Source of the DNA: Mobula birostris
Lineage: Eukaryota
Length of the DNA stretch: 64,000 bases
Assembly (NCBI RefSeq): GCF_030028105.1
Contig: NC_092374.1
Location: forward strand, 193,993,345-194,057,344
Direction: 5' to 3'
The notes beneath the pieces were generated by a model. The model did no database searches. It was not told where the DNA came from and saw only the letters and a program-made list of their open reading frames with translations. The position numbers were made by a program, and so were the translations under genes. Positions 1 through 13,200 of this stretch are shown here, piece after piece. Within the stretch, counting starts at the first letter, position 1; each line of letters starts with the position of its first letter.

Positions 1-790
1 GGACTAGGAAGATGGAACTCGGAACCAGAGTCTGGACAAGGACCCAGAACCTGGGTCTTGGTTGGGACTCAGAACCTGGGTCTTGACTCGGAACAGGAAC
101 CCGGCTTTGGGCAAGGACTCGGTACTAGGATCTTGGCAAGGACAGGACGAGGCTACAGGACAGGACGAGGTACTACAGCACAGGACGAGGTACTCAAGGA
201 CTGGACATGGATCTCCTGCAGAGGACGAGGAATCTCCAGCACAGGACGAGGACACGAAGCTCAGATTTGGACGGGGCTGGAACACGGAACCTGGACTTGG
301 TCTTGGAACACAGAAACAGAGCCTTGGAATTGGACTGGACACTCAGAGCCTTGCACGTGGACTGGACGAGGTACTCCAGGGCAGGACGAGGCTCCGGGAC
401 GCGGGGCCGGGACCCTTTCTCGGGACGCGGCGCCGGGGCGACTGACAAGGTCAACTGCCGAGGTAAACTGTCCAGGTGAACTGCCGAGGATTCGGATGGG
501 GACGATCCAGCACAGGACGAGGAATCTCCAGCACCGGGCTGTGCGAGGTAATCCTGGGCTGGGCGAGAAACATGGACAGTGAGAGGCACCAGAACTCGAT
601 GAGGACAGGAAGCTCAGACGTTGACAGGGCTGGAACACGGGCGCCTGGACTTGGTCTTGGAACACAGGAACACAGAGCCTTGCACTTGATCACAAGGACA
701 CAAAACACAGAGTCAGGACCCCTCCTCGAGGACAGGATGTAGGGCCAGGGCTCGTACGCAGAACACGGACTCTAAACACGGGAACACAAA
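1..790. repeat. Imperfect tandem array built on CAGGACGAGG / GGACTTGG motifs
   Basis: Many copies of caggacgagg, plus a higher-order duplication (about 210-347 vs 565-712). The ORFs called here are repeat-derived. Confidence 0.85.
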
Positions 791-1102
791 GAGACAGTTC
801 CAAACTCAACAATAGATAGTTCCTTATCTTAGCGTGGCAAGACTCCGGTCTCACTCCGGCGGTTGAACTTGACAGCGATACTGACGAGATTTCAGGCGAA
901 GGTTTCAGATGGAAGGGGAGGGAACTGTCCAGCAGGAAATCCTTCGTTTGCAGAGGTATTTATGTGCCAGCCCCCAAAAAGCGAATCAGGTGCCTCAATT
1001 ATGGAACCCAACGGAACCTGGGGGAAACCGGAAAACCTGGAATAAGGATCGATGGACCGGACCATGAACTGGAATGTGGAATTTACGGACCGCACCATGA
1101 GA
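1..1102 (-). mobile_element. Probable LTR of a Gypsy-type element, running off the window start
   Basis: The minus strand starts TCTCATGGTGCGGTCC at 1102 (close to a TG-type LTR terminus), followed by internal tandem repeats. No internal ORFs are in the window. Confidence 0.4.
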
Positions 1103-1237
1103 GTGAGATGTCATTTCCCACACATGAAGCTAATCAGTCCTGTTTATCTAAATGCTGGTAGATCCCGTCCATCAGATTTAATTCCAATATTTTATCACCT
1201 CCGATGTTAGGCTCACTTGGAAGAATAACGTAATGAT

Positions 1238-1487
1238 TGGCTGTCAGTTCGGAGTTCGATTCAAACCGCTGTCAGTAAGGAAACCATGTGGGTTTCCTAC
1301 GGGCACGCTGATTTCCTCCGGCATTCCAAAGGTGTGCAGTTATTGCTCGGGTTACTGAGTTATTGGCATGCTAAACTAGCCCCGGAAACGTGGGGACAAT
1401 CCTCGCTGATATGAATTGACGCAAGCGACGCATTTCGCTGTACGTTTCGATGTCCATGTGATAGGTAAAACTAATCTTTAATCTTTT
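1238..1487 (+). mobile_element. V-SINE/HE1-like tRNA-derived SINE
   Basis: B-box-like ggagttcgattc, central motif gtgggtttcctacgggcacgctgatttcctcc...cattccaaag, and an aatcttt repeat tail. Confidence 0.6.
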
Positions 1488-1749
1488 GTCTTTGCTGCCC
1501 CTATGAATGAATATTAGCCATCCTCCAGTCCTCTGGAACTTCTCCCGTTGGTATGGAGGTTCCAAGAATCTTTGCAAGTGCCTCTGCAATTTCTTCCGTA
1601 GCTTCACATGAGATCCAAGAATTCACTTGATCAGGCACAGGGTATTTCCCCACCTTAATGTGCTTTAAGGGCGTCGATACCTCCTATAACTGGTTTTGCA
1701 ACTATCCCATAAACTCCGGAGCAGGACCTTTACCGTTGCATATTTAAGT

Positions 1750-2340
1750 TAACGGCGGAACTGCTCGCAGCTCACGCAGCAGCACACAGGCACCGAAGCT
1801 CCTCAATGCACAAAGCTTTACCTCACTCTATACACAGCGCATGCGGAGTGGAGAGAGTGGGGGACATGTAGATCAGACAGAGCATGGGAACGGTAGATGC
1901 TCTGGATCGGGGAGCACCTTCTCGGTGTGTATGAGTTTGTGTGTACGTGTGTCTGTCTGTCTGTCTGTGTGACTGCGCGCACGTGTGTGTATACAGCTAT
2001 TTTACTAAATCCTTCCTCTGCTGACCACCATCCACACTGTAATTTCGAACTGCAAACTGCCTCATCATCCTCTGCGGTAATAAAAACAACCAGTTCACTT
2101 GCTGACCTCTGAGCTCGGTGGTGCGGTGAGTTAGAGCTGCTTCTCTCTGGGCTGAACGTGAAACGGGCGGTTTGCATGCATCAGCTCTTCACACCGCTAC
2201 CGCAGCTTCCGAACGCTGAGCGACAAGTTTTACACGCGGCCGGAAACCGGACGCCGTGAGACAGGGAAGGGCGGGAGCGGGGGTAAAGATCTAGTGCAAA
2301 GTTACTTGACATCTGCAAGCCAGCCGGATTTATCGGCAGG
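1750..2340 (-). promoter_or_regulatory. CpG-rich promoter-like segment, possibly the first exon of a divergent gene
   Basis: High CpG density, ETS core CCGGAA near 2240, GC box GGGCGGG near 2267, NRF1-like GCGCATGCG near 1838, and a minus-strand donor GAG|GTAAAG at 1822/1821. Confidence 0.35.
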
Positions 2341-2924
2341 GAGTTGTCATCTCGGACGCATGTGGGCTTTCGGGTAATTTACCTGTTAAAGAACAACGGT
2401 AGAATTAGAATTACACCTTTATTAATTATTAGCTCTTCCGGGAGGGATCCGGGGAAAATCTGTCTTCGACTATATAAAACTCCTGTAATTTCCATTCCCT
2501 GCCGAATTGTGGACTGCATCGAACTGTGGAAGTTTCCTTAATTCCCAATAAAAAAGGAAATAATGGGAGTCCATGGACTGGGAAACAGAGTTAATGTTTA
2601 CAGTTCTGAGATCCTTCAGGCGAAACAAAACGTTAATATTTCGCTCTGACTCAGGATAGAAATATTAATTGTTTCTCTCTCCGCAGATGGTACGTGACCT
2701 GCTGAGTTTTTCAAAAGCATTTTCTGTTTTTATTTCAGATTTCCAAAATCTACGAACTATCTTAATTATTTTATCTATTCCGTCAAGAGGTGTGAACGAC
2801 GTGATTCGTTTGTTGGCGGTTGTCCGGCGTACCAACAATCACAGGAGACCCGAGCGGGGGTTTTAACGTGGGAGAGTTAACTAGGACAGTTCCACACTCT
2901 TACCCTCGGATGTCCGGGTGCAGT

Positions 2925-3366
2925 GGTACGAGTAGTCGTCACAAACTGGGGTCTTCCTTGGTTGTAGTGGGTGACCATGACATCTTCCGTGCCTTGTCGT
3001 GCCGTGCGCTGTCCACGGAGAGTTGCAGAACCGCCTTCCTGGCTGTTAGATCTCACTGTTGATCACATCTGTCCAGTCCGCCGGATGAGTTCAACATTAA
3101 TTCTGTTTCCCATTCCATAGATTTCCACTAGTTTCCTTCGTATTATAGGACGGGGATTTCCCTATCTCACTCGAGTATGAGGTCCACCGGCTGCCTTCAC
3201 CTGGTTTAGCCCGCCTGTCGAAGCGGTCTACCCGAGTGTGGCCGCTTTCGCATGCAGACAGGTACTTGGAGCTGAGCGTCTGGTGGAACCCAAGGGTAAG
3301 TGAGCTGCCCCAGGATGGACAGGACAAGCCGCTTCAGCAGAGGAGCTACCCCTCCCTGGACAGCCC
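2925..3366 (-). mobile_element. RTE-like retroelement non-coding fragment
   Basis: Recognised from memory of RTE-type UTR motifs only. No ORF support. Confidence 0.3.
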
Positions 3367-3529
3367 ATTTCACCAACTGTTACCAATTGATATGTTACCA
3401 ATTATTTAACCCCTTCCGTTAAAGTGACACGTTGTTGTGGGGATTGAAGTCAAATGCGAAATAATTTACATTAACTGAGATACGACAGTTTCGTAGCTTA
3501 CATTAACCATTTCGGTTTGATACGTAGAA

Positions 3530-3790
3530 CCATTGCAGCAAATGTTAGCGCTGTTTTCTTGCACCTCCTGCGTCCGCGGGTTCGACCCCGATCTATGGTG
3601 CAGTTTGTATGGGTGGAGTTTGCATATTCCGCCTGATTCCCTGCGGGTGCACCAGCCGTGTGGGCTCCCCCCACACCGCCGGGAGCTACGGTTCATTACG
3701 CGTCCCTACGACTTGTGGAATTGTCTTAATTACGGTGCGAATTACGGGAGGAGTGGAAGGGAAGTTGGGGAGAGTGTGTAGCCCAGTCAG
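3530..3790 (+). mobile_element. Degenerate V-SINE
   Basis: B-box gggttcgacccc followed by ggagtttgcatattc and a V-domain-like core. Confidence 0.45.
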
Positions 3791-4168
3791 CACTGGAGTA
3801 GAGCCGGCGATCGGCGTGGGCTGAATTGCCTTCTTCGCGCGCTGCGCGATGAGGGATTTGAATGTGAAACTGCGTTTGGAATCTGTCAGTCCAAAAGGGC
3901 ATCTTACCAAGGAAAGGACGTGGCTCATCGCTCAACGACCCTAACGTCACTGAACCGCTTATTGTCACGCTTTCCCCGCTCCTAATCTCTTTGTAACTCT
4001 CCTTATGGTTTATCCAGCTTGTTCCAGTGATTCGGAAATCAACTGGAAAAATCCAGTGGACGGTACTTAATCCCTCCCAATTTTCCAACAGGTTGCACGA
4101 GGAGGCGCGGCTGTGAGAAGGGAGAAGTAGCGAACACTAAATATCTCCTCTGCTTTAGAGGAGTAACG

Positions 4169-4211
4169 ATGGAGGTGGGCGCCATTCTGTGGCTCCTGAC
4201 CGTCTCTTCCG
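4169..4211 (+). CDS. Exon 1: signal peptide [14 protein letters not shown](G)
   Basis: Strong Kozak aacgATGG, hydrophobic core, and a phase-1 donor G|GTAAGT typical of IgSF leader exons. Confidence 0.88.
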
Positions 4212-7200
4212 GTAAGTAGCTTTCTGTTCCTTTACAGCTACAGCTTGGGGGAGAAGGCAATGGGCAGCGCGGGAAAAGCGGGAAGGTTCGTCTGCTTCAT
4301 TTGCGTTCACAACCAACACACCTACGGAGGCACTGTGGGCAGCTCGCGAGGGTCGCCACACATTCCAGCGCCAACATTGATGTCCACAATGTCGGCAGAA
4401 CAACATAAAGCACAACAAAACGCAACGAAACAAGCCCCTTCCCTCCCTCCCACGCGCACACACGGACAGTCCACCAATTCCGAGAACAACGTTCGGGCTT
4501 CTAGTCTCCAGGCTTCCGACATCGACCCCCTGACTAGCCGACGGGGGAAGGGGGGGGGGGCTGAATTCCAGGTCGAACACTGAGGACGCAGACTTCTCGT
4601 TTCTCCCTCCTTCCTTTCCAATCATGATGAAGGGTCTCAGCCCGAAACGTCAACTGGTTATTCCCCTCCACAACTGCTGCCTGACCTCCCGAGTTCGTCC
4701 TGTTACTCTGGATTTCCCGCATGTGCAGAATCTCCTGAGCGTGGGAGTTGGGAAGTTTTGTTACAGATGTACCAGTGACCGTGAGGCCGCACTTGGATTA
4801 TTCTGTAGAATTTTAGCCTCGGTGATTGTGGACTCCTAGCCCCGAAACAGGCCCTTCGGCCCAACTCGTCCTTGTTGATCGTGTTAACCAACGAACTTGT
4901 CCTATCTGCCCGCGTTTGGCCCACAGCCCGCTAAATCCCTCCGACTCATGCACTTATCTAGAAGGCTTTAAAATGTTTGTAATTTACTCGCGGCCACCGC
5001 CATTTCTGTCAGCTCATTTCAACCACGTAAAACCATTTATGTAAAGAAATGGTTTAATATCCCTTTCAAAACTCTCCTGTCTAATCTATGTTCGCTTGTT
5101 GGTAACAACATCCCCCCACCCCGGTGAAAAATGCTGTTTTCAGAATATCTATGCCCCTTATTGTGTTACATCCCCCTATAAGGTGACCCCTCAATCTCCT
5201 ACATTCCAGAGAATAAAGTACTAGTCTGTGTAACCTCTCCTTGTAACTCAGGCCCCCAAATTCTGACGACATCCAGGTAAACCATATCTCCGCGCTTTCT
5301 AACTAATAACATCTACAACAGAGTGGCCAATTCTGTACAAAATATTCCAAGTGCAGCCTCACCAACGACTTGTACGACAGAAACATAACTTCTGGACTCC
5401 TGTCCGCAAAGCTCTGACTGAAGCTCAGCGTACTGAACATTGTCTTCACTACCTGTCTGCCGCTTTCAATGAGCTATGCACTCGTACTCCTAGGTTCCTC
5501 TTTTCCAGGCTCCGATCCGCACTTTCTCGGTAACTGTAACACTTCATTCCCCATTCTGCTATTGTTCCTTCTTTACACTAACTCATTGAATCGATGTGAT
5601 AAAATGATCTGTATGGGTGGCAAACAAAACGTAGTTTTTCACTGTACCTCAGTACATGTGACCACAATTAACCAATTTACCCATTTTAAAGTTTGCTCTC
5701 TGCTTTCAGGCATTGGTGCTGAGAAGTTTGTGGTGATTCAGGACAAGTCCAGCATTGTTGCCACGGAAGGGGAGACGGTGGTTATTCCATGCAGACACAA
5801 TGTCACGAATAAGATATGGTCGTATCGCTGGTTCAAGGGTGCCAGAAATGGAATAGAAGTGACCAAAGAAACAGCAGAGTACAGAGGCCGCTTCTTCAGA
5901 CCTCAAGGGGGTGATCCCTCCACTAACAGCACAGATGTTTCTATGCAACTGAAGTACGTGCGGCCGAGTGATACTGGGATGTACGTATGCAAGTTGGAGG
6001 CAATAAAATGGAAAATGTATGGGGCAGGGACGATTCTCGCAGTGAGAGGTAAGCCAATCATCAAGCATCTCCTTGTCTAAGCAAATCAGACCCACCACCC
6101 GAACAGAATTTGGTCAAGGCTGGAAAGTGCTGGAGTCACTTAGCAGGTCAGTCAGCAACTGTGAGGAGAGAAGCAGCAAAACGTTCAGATCTGTGACCAA
6201 TCCTCAGGGAAGAGAAGGAGGGTAAACTAGAAGAAAGAAGAATCTTGTAAACAATTTTTTCCCAGTACTGAGGAAAGATCTTCCACTTCAAGCATTAACT
6301 CTGTTTCAGTTCCCACTGATGCTGCCTGACCTGCTGAGCATTTCCAGCATATCCAGTTTTTTACCTCAGATTTCCAGCATCTGGAGGCTTTTAATTTTCA
6401 TTGTTAGAATTTCACACCCTGGATAATGACAAAATCGTTCCAGCACAGAAAATGTGGAGGGGGTGAGTGGTCACAAATCAAATCTCCCCTCCAAGGACTC
6501 TGTCTGCTGACTTCTTGCTGCCTCAGTAAAGCTGCCAACATAATCAAAGACCCCACCCACCCAGGACATTCTCTCATCTCCCCTCTCCCCTCTCCCATTG
6601 GGCAGAAGATACAAAAGCCTGAAAGATCAAACTGCCAGGCGCAAGGACAGCTTCTATCCCACTGTTATGAGATATCTCAGATCAAGTTCTCAGTATTCTC
6701 AAGAGGGAGGGTGAGCAGCCAGATGTCGTGGTCCACGTAGGGACCAGTGACGTGGATACGAAGAAGGAGGAGGTCCTGCAAAGAGAATTTAGGGAGTTAG
6801 GTGCAAAGTTGAAGGACAGGACCTCCAGGGTTGCAATCTCAGGATTGCTACCTGTGCCACGTGCTAGTGAGGCTAGAAATAGGAAGATAATGCAGCTAAA
6901 TACATGGCTAAGGAGTTAGTGCAGGAGGGAGGGCTTCATGTTTCTGGACAATTGGGCCTTGTTCCAGGGAAGGTGGGACCTGTTCTGATGGGACGGGTTA
7001 CACCTAAACTGGAGGGGAACTAACATCCTTGAGGGAAGGCTTGCTAGTGCTGCTCCGGGGGGGGGGGGGGGTTTAAACTAGATTTGCAGGGGGAGGGGAA
7101 CCAGAGTGTTAGAGTAGATAGTGACGTGGAGGAGGATAAAGGTCATGCGAGAACTGTAAGTATAGTACATGGAGTAAAGCCAGATCTAACATATAAAGAG

Positions 7201-10200
7201 GCTTTGATGAAAGAGAAATAGACTAAAGGGTGTAAAGGCAGTAAGGTAGAAGGGCTAAAGTCTGTGTACCTCAATGCAAGAAGCATCAGCAACAAAGGTG
7301 ATGAACTGAGAGCTTGGATACATACATGGAATTATGATGTAGTGGCCGTTACTGAGACTTGGCTGGCACCAGGACAGGAATGGATTCTCAATATTCCTGG
7401 ATTTCAGTGCTTTAAAAGGGATAGAGAGGGAGGAAAAGGGGAGGAAGGGTGGCATTACTGGTCAGGGATACTATTACAGCTACAGAAAGGGTGGGTAATG
7501 TAGCAAGACCCTCTTTTGAGTCAGTACGGGTGGAAGTGAGGAACAGGAAGGGAGCAGTTGCTCTATTGGGAGTAATCTATAGGTCCCCCCGGTAGCAGCA
7601 GAGATACAGAGGAGCAGATTGGGAGGCAGATTTTGGAAAGGTGCAAAAATAACAGGGTTGTTATCATGGGTGACTTTAACATCCCTAATATTGATTGGCA
7701 CCTGATTCGTTCCAAGGATTTGGATGAGGCAGAGCTTGTTAAGTGTGTCCAGGACGGATTCCCGTCACAGTATGTTGACAGGCTGACTAGGAGGGAATGC
7801 CATACTAGATCCAGTATTAGGTAATGAACCGCGTCAGGTAACAGATCTCTCAGTGGGTGAGCATCTGGGGGACAGTGACTACCGTTCCCTGGCCCTTAGC
7901 ATTATCATGGAAAAGAACAGAATCAGAGAGGACAGGAAAATTTTTAATTGGGGAAAGGCAAATCATGAGGCTATAAGGCTAGAAATTGTGGGTGTGAATT
8001 GAGATGAAGTTTTTGCAGGGAAATGTACTACGGACATGTGGTCGATGTTTAGGGATCTCTTGCAGGATGCTACGGATAAATTTGTCCCAGCGAGGAAGAT
8101 AAAGAATGGTCGGGTGAAGGATCCATTGGTGTCAAGTGAGGTGGAAAATCTAGTCAGGTGGAAGAAGGCAGCATACATGAGGCTTAGGAAGCAAGAATCA
8201 GATGGGTCTATTGAGGAATATAGGACAGCAAGAAAGGAGCTTAAGAAGGGACTGAGGAGAGCAAGAAGGGGGCATAAGAAGGCCTTGGCGAGTAGGGTAA
8301 AGGAAAACCCCAAGGCATTCTTCAATTATGTGGAGAACAAAAGGATGACAGGAGTGAAGATAGGACCAATTAGAGATAAAGGTGGGAAGATGTGCCTGGA
8401 GGCTGTGGAAGTGAGCGAGGTCCTCAATGAATACTTCTCTTCAGTATTCACCAATGAGAGGGAACTTGATGATGGTGAGGACAATATGAGTGAGGTGGAT
8501 GTTCTGGAGCATGTTGATGTTAAGGGAGAGGAGGTGTTGGAGTTGTTAAAATACATTAGGACGGTAAGTCCCTGGGGCCTGACGGAATATTCCCCAGGCT
8601 GCTCCACGAGGCAAGGGAAGAGATTGCTGAGCCTCTTGCTAGGATCTTTATGTCCTCATTGTCCACAGGAATAGTACCGGAGGATTGGAGGGAGGCGAAT
8701 GTTGTCTCCTTCTTCAAAAAAGGTAGTAGGGATAGTCCGGGTAATTATAGATCAATGAGCCTTACATCTGTGGTAGGAAAACTGTTGGAAAAGATTTTTA
8801 GAGATAGGATCTCTGGGCATTTAGAGAATTATGGTCTGATCAGGGACAGTCAGCATGGCTTTGTGAAGGGGAGATCGTGTCTAACAAGCCTGATAGAGTT
8901 CTTTGAAGAGATGACCAGGCATGTAGATGAGGGTAGTGCAGTGGATGTGATCTATATGGATTTTAGTAAGGCATTTGACAAGTTTCCTCACAGTAGGCTT
9001 ATTCAGAAAGTCAGAAGGTATGGGATCCAGGGACGTTTGGTCAGGAGGATTCAGAATTGGCTTGCCTGCAGAAAGCAGAGGGTCGTGGTGGAGGGAGTAC
9101 ATTCAGAATGGAGAGTTGTGACTAGTGGTGTCCCACAAGGATCAGTTCTGGGACCTCTACTTTTCGTGATTTTTATTAACGACCTGGATGTGGGGGTAGA
9201 AGGGTGGTTTCGCAAGTTTGCAGATGACACAAAAGTTGGTGGTGTTGTGGATAGTGTAGTGGATTGTCGCATATTGCAGAGAGATATTGATAGGATGCAG
9301 AAGTGGGCTGAGAAGTGGCAGATGGAGTTCAACCCGGAGAAGTGTGAGGTGGTACACTTTGGAAGGAAAAACTCCAAGGCAGAGTACAAAGTAAATGGCA
9401 GGATACTTGGAAGTGTGGAGGAGCAGGGGGATCTGGGGGTACATGTCTACAGATCCCTGAAAGTTGCCTCACAGGTAGATAGGGTAGTTAAGAAAGCTTA
9501 TGGGGTGTTAGCTTTCGTAAGTTGAGGGATATAGTTTAAGAGTCGTGAGATAATGATGCAGCTCTATAAAACTCTGGTTAGGCCACACTTGGAGTACTGT
9601 GTCCAGTTCTGGTCGCCTCACTATAGGAAGGTTGTGGAAGCATTGGAAAGGGTACAGAGGAGATTTACCAGGATGCTGCCTGGTTTAGAGAGTATGCATT
9701 ATGATCAGAGATTAAGGGAGCTAGGGCTTTACTCTCTGGAGAGGAGGAGGATGAGAGGAGACATGATAGAGGTATACAAGATAATCAGAGGAATAGATAG
9801 AGTGGACAGCCAGTGCTTCCTCCTCAGGGCACCACTGCTCAAAACAAGAGGACATGGCTTTAAGGTAAGGGGTGGGAAGTTCAAGGTGGATATTAGAGGA
9901 AGCTTTTTTACTCAGAGAGTGGTTGGTGCGTGGGATACACTGCCTGAGTCGATGGTAGAGGCAGATACACTCGTGTAATTTAAGGGACTACTGGACAGGT
10001 ATATGGAGGAATTTAAGGTGGGGTGTTATGTGGGAGGCTGGGTTTAAGGGTCGGCACAACATTGTGGGCTGAAGGGCCTGTACTGTGCTGTACTGTTCTA
10101 TGTTCTATTAACTGGTTCCCTGGTATGATCAGATGGGCTCTGGACCTCATGATTTACCTCGTTACGGCATTGTCTCCCTACACTGCACTTTCTCTGTCAC

Positions 10201-13200
10201 TGTTACACTTTACTCTGCTATTGATTTACCGAGTACTACCTCACTGTGCGCCATGTAATGATCTGATCTGAATGAACAGTATGCAAGACAAGTTTTTCAC
10301 TGTCCCTCAGATTATGGGACAATAATACACAAATCCCAATTCCAAAGAGGCTGCTGGTGCTGAAACCTGGAATGAAAGAACCACAATGCTGGAGGAACTC
10401 ATAATTCAGGCAGAACCTAGGGAGGGAGATTGAGAGTTGACCTTTCAAATGGGGACACTCAGCGCATTCTGTCTGTACTGAGTCCACGCAACAACAATTC
10501 CACACTCCAGCTTTTCTCCAGAGCCTGGCAAACAGTTCTCAGTCAAATACCTCCCAGTTCGCTCTTGAACATTAATATTATTAAAATGTATACACAGAGT
10601 ACACTGTTAGTGAGTGGCAAGACCCTTAACAGTGCAAATGAGCAGAAGGATCTTGGAGCCCAAGTCCAAAGCTCCCTTGAAGGGGGCCGGATATGTTAAT
10701 AGGGTGGAAAAGAAGGCTTACGGCTTATTTGCCTTAATTATTCAAAGTAATCAGTTCAAGAGTTGCGAAGTTGCATTACAGTTTTATATAATTATTTAGT
10801 TTGCATCTGATATTGCATTCAGTTCTGTTCAGCCCATTATAAGAAGGATGGTGAGCTTTTGGAAAAAGGTGCAGAAGAGGTCCATTTTACCACCTCATTC
10901 TTTCAAAGTTTCTACCCCCAATGCCAACTCTGACTGATGGTGGGATCAGAACCAGAAATGGCATCAGTATCAGAATCAGGTTTAATATCACCGGCATATG
11001 TTGTGAAATTTGTTTACTTAAGTGGTAACAATACAATGCAATACATGATAATTTAGAAAAAAATAAATAAGTAGATCAATTACAGTAAGTACAAAGTTTG
11101 TATATATGTATATTAAATAGTTAAATTAGAAATCGTGCAAAAACATAAATAATATTTAAAAGGTGAGATAGGGTTCATGGGTATGATATCGATTTAGAAA
11201 TTGGATGGCAGAGAGGAAGAAGCATTCCCTGAGTCACTGAGAGTACCTCCTTCCGGGGGTACAGTACTACGGGAGCGTCGCTCCGGCACCTCTGTTAAAA
11301 AAAAGTCAAAATAAACAAGCGGGGATTTTAACAGCGGCCGCATATTAAATAGAGGGAATTTTACGGAACCGTGTGTTGGGGAGAGTGGTTGGCGACTGGT
11401 GGGTAACGTACCACTAGTAACATTAGGATCGGATATTTGATCGTTTTTGGTGAAATCCTGGAGCAGTGACTGTAATTTATTTCGGTACTGTATTTGTGAA
11501 TTTGGTCCTCGCCCGACCCGTTGTTTTCCCAGCATGCCCTGCTGTAGCCTCCCGCCATTTCGCAGAGCCTGAGCCTCTCTCTCCAGCCGAGGGCGGCTGT
11601 AGGCGAGTGGGAGCGTTCTTCCGCCCTCTCCAACGGGTACCATTGGATTCCTCTTAGGAGCTATATTAGGCAAGGAGTGAACATCGAAACCTAAGGTTAA
11701 AAGTAAAAAATAATGAATGAAAAAAAATCACTGCTCGCTCATCTTCGGCCTGATTTTGATGAAATGCTCAAGGTAATCATCCCAAATCCTCTTCTACACC
11801 TGGATAAAGTGAATTTAGTTTTTTTTTTACAAGCCAAATGGGGAAAAAAGAACATTTCTAGGCTATAAGCTATTTTTACGTCATTTCAACTGTTATTAAT
11901 AACGGATCAACCCCTTGGCCCAGCTCCACCAACTATAGTTGATTGGAAAGAGGATCTTTTTCTCTTTGTGCTGATAGGAAAAAGAGTAATTTAGTGAGAC
12001 AATGAACGAGACGAAACGCATTTTCAAACCTCCCAGATGGTTGCTTTCCTTCCCTGTTAACATTTGTCACTTCCAAGATATGATAATTTTTATTCGTATA
12101 GATACAATAATAATTTATGTAAAGATTCAAGCTTCTTTAACGTTTTATACATTTAAAGACTAAACAGGACCTGTATTGGCCTAACTCTGTAATACCCCAC
12201 GTGTGAGGATATTGTGAGTATCGACACGCACAGATCCACTTCCTGTCCAACCATTTTTGCGAGAGAAACGGTACGAGGTAGAGTTGCCAACCTACCGCTT
12301 TTGATACTAATATTCACCAATATTCGTAGCTTTAGCAATAGTTCATTAGATGTTCTTTTTTCATGCTTGATTACTTGGTTCCAATTTAGGTGGTTAAAAG
12401 TTTAAAAAGCTTATTTGCTTTATTTCAACAACACACATCAAAGTTGCTGGTGAACGCAGCAGGCCAGGCAGCATCGGTAGGAAGAAGTGCAGTCGATGTT
12501 TCAGGCCAAGACCCTTCGTCAGGACTGGCGAAGGGTCTCGGCCTGAAACGTCGACTGTACCTCTTCCTAGAGATGCTGCCTGGCCTGCTGCGTTCACCAG
12601 CAACTTTGATGTGTGTTGCTTGAATTTCCAGCATCTGCAGAATTCCTGTTGTTTGCTTTATTTCAGTTATTTTTATACCTGCTTAGGAACACTGCTAAGC
12701 GCTGCGTGCCCTGCTGTCTGCGCTGACTCAGTAAGGCTACATCTGTGGTGGTCGGTGGATTAGTCGCTAATACAAAAGTTGATTTTTCTCACTAGCAACC
12801 CTATGGCTTCTAAACAAACAATGTTAACTTTCTTTCGTAAACAAGCTGAGTGTAATAAAAATAACGTACAAGAGACTGATAACATTTATGATAATTAGTG
12901 AGTGTAACCGTGCAACACTTTGTCAAGTTATTAAATTAAGTATTATATGTTTTATTGTACCAGTTATACACTGAAATGTAGTGATAGGCTATAATCTTGT
13001 TAATGCCTTAACTATCACTATATTTATGTGGAGCTCTGGAATTCATATATTTCTTTCATCTTGGTTTAGTGCTTGACATTATAAGAAGCCCTATTCATAT
13101 ACTGTATATGCCACACCCAATTTGTGTACCTGCTCATTGCATGAATGGGCAAGGAAGTTGCCCAGTACGTGAAATCAGCAGGTACACAAATTGGGTGTGA

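Noticed and set aside
4-742. Several 85-174 aa ORFs
   Set aside because: They arise from the tandem repeat in multiple frames on both strands, with low-complexity translations.
1818-2177. 119-aa minus-strand ORF as a protein
   Set aside because: It runs through an (ACAG)n/(AC)n microsatellite and shows no recognisable domain.
5469-6080. 203-aa ORF as a single-exon gene
   Set aside because: The N-terminal 80 aa and the C-terminal tail are intron read-through. The true exon is 5710-6048.
8036-9978. RT/endonuclease ORFs as host genes or domesticated elements
   Set aside because: Standard CR1 fragments with stops and frameshifts, with several paralogous copies in this window.
12660-12740. Second leader-like exon ([21 protein letters not shown]|gtaagg)
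   Set aside because: No in-frame ATG, and the donor is phase 0, incompatible with the phase-1 V exons.
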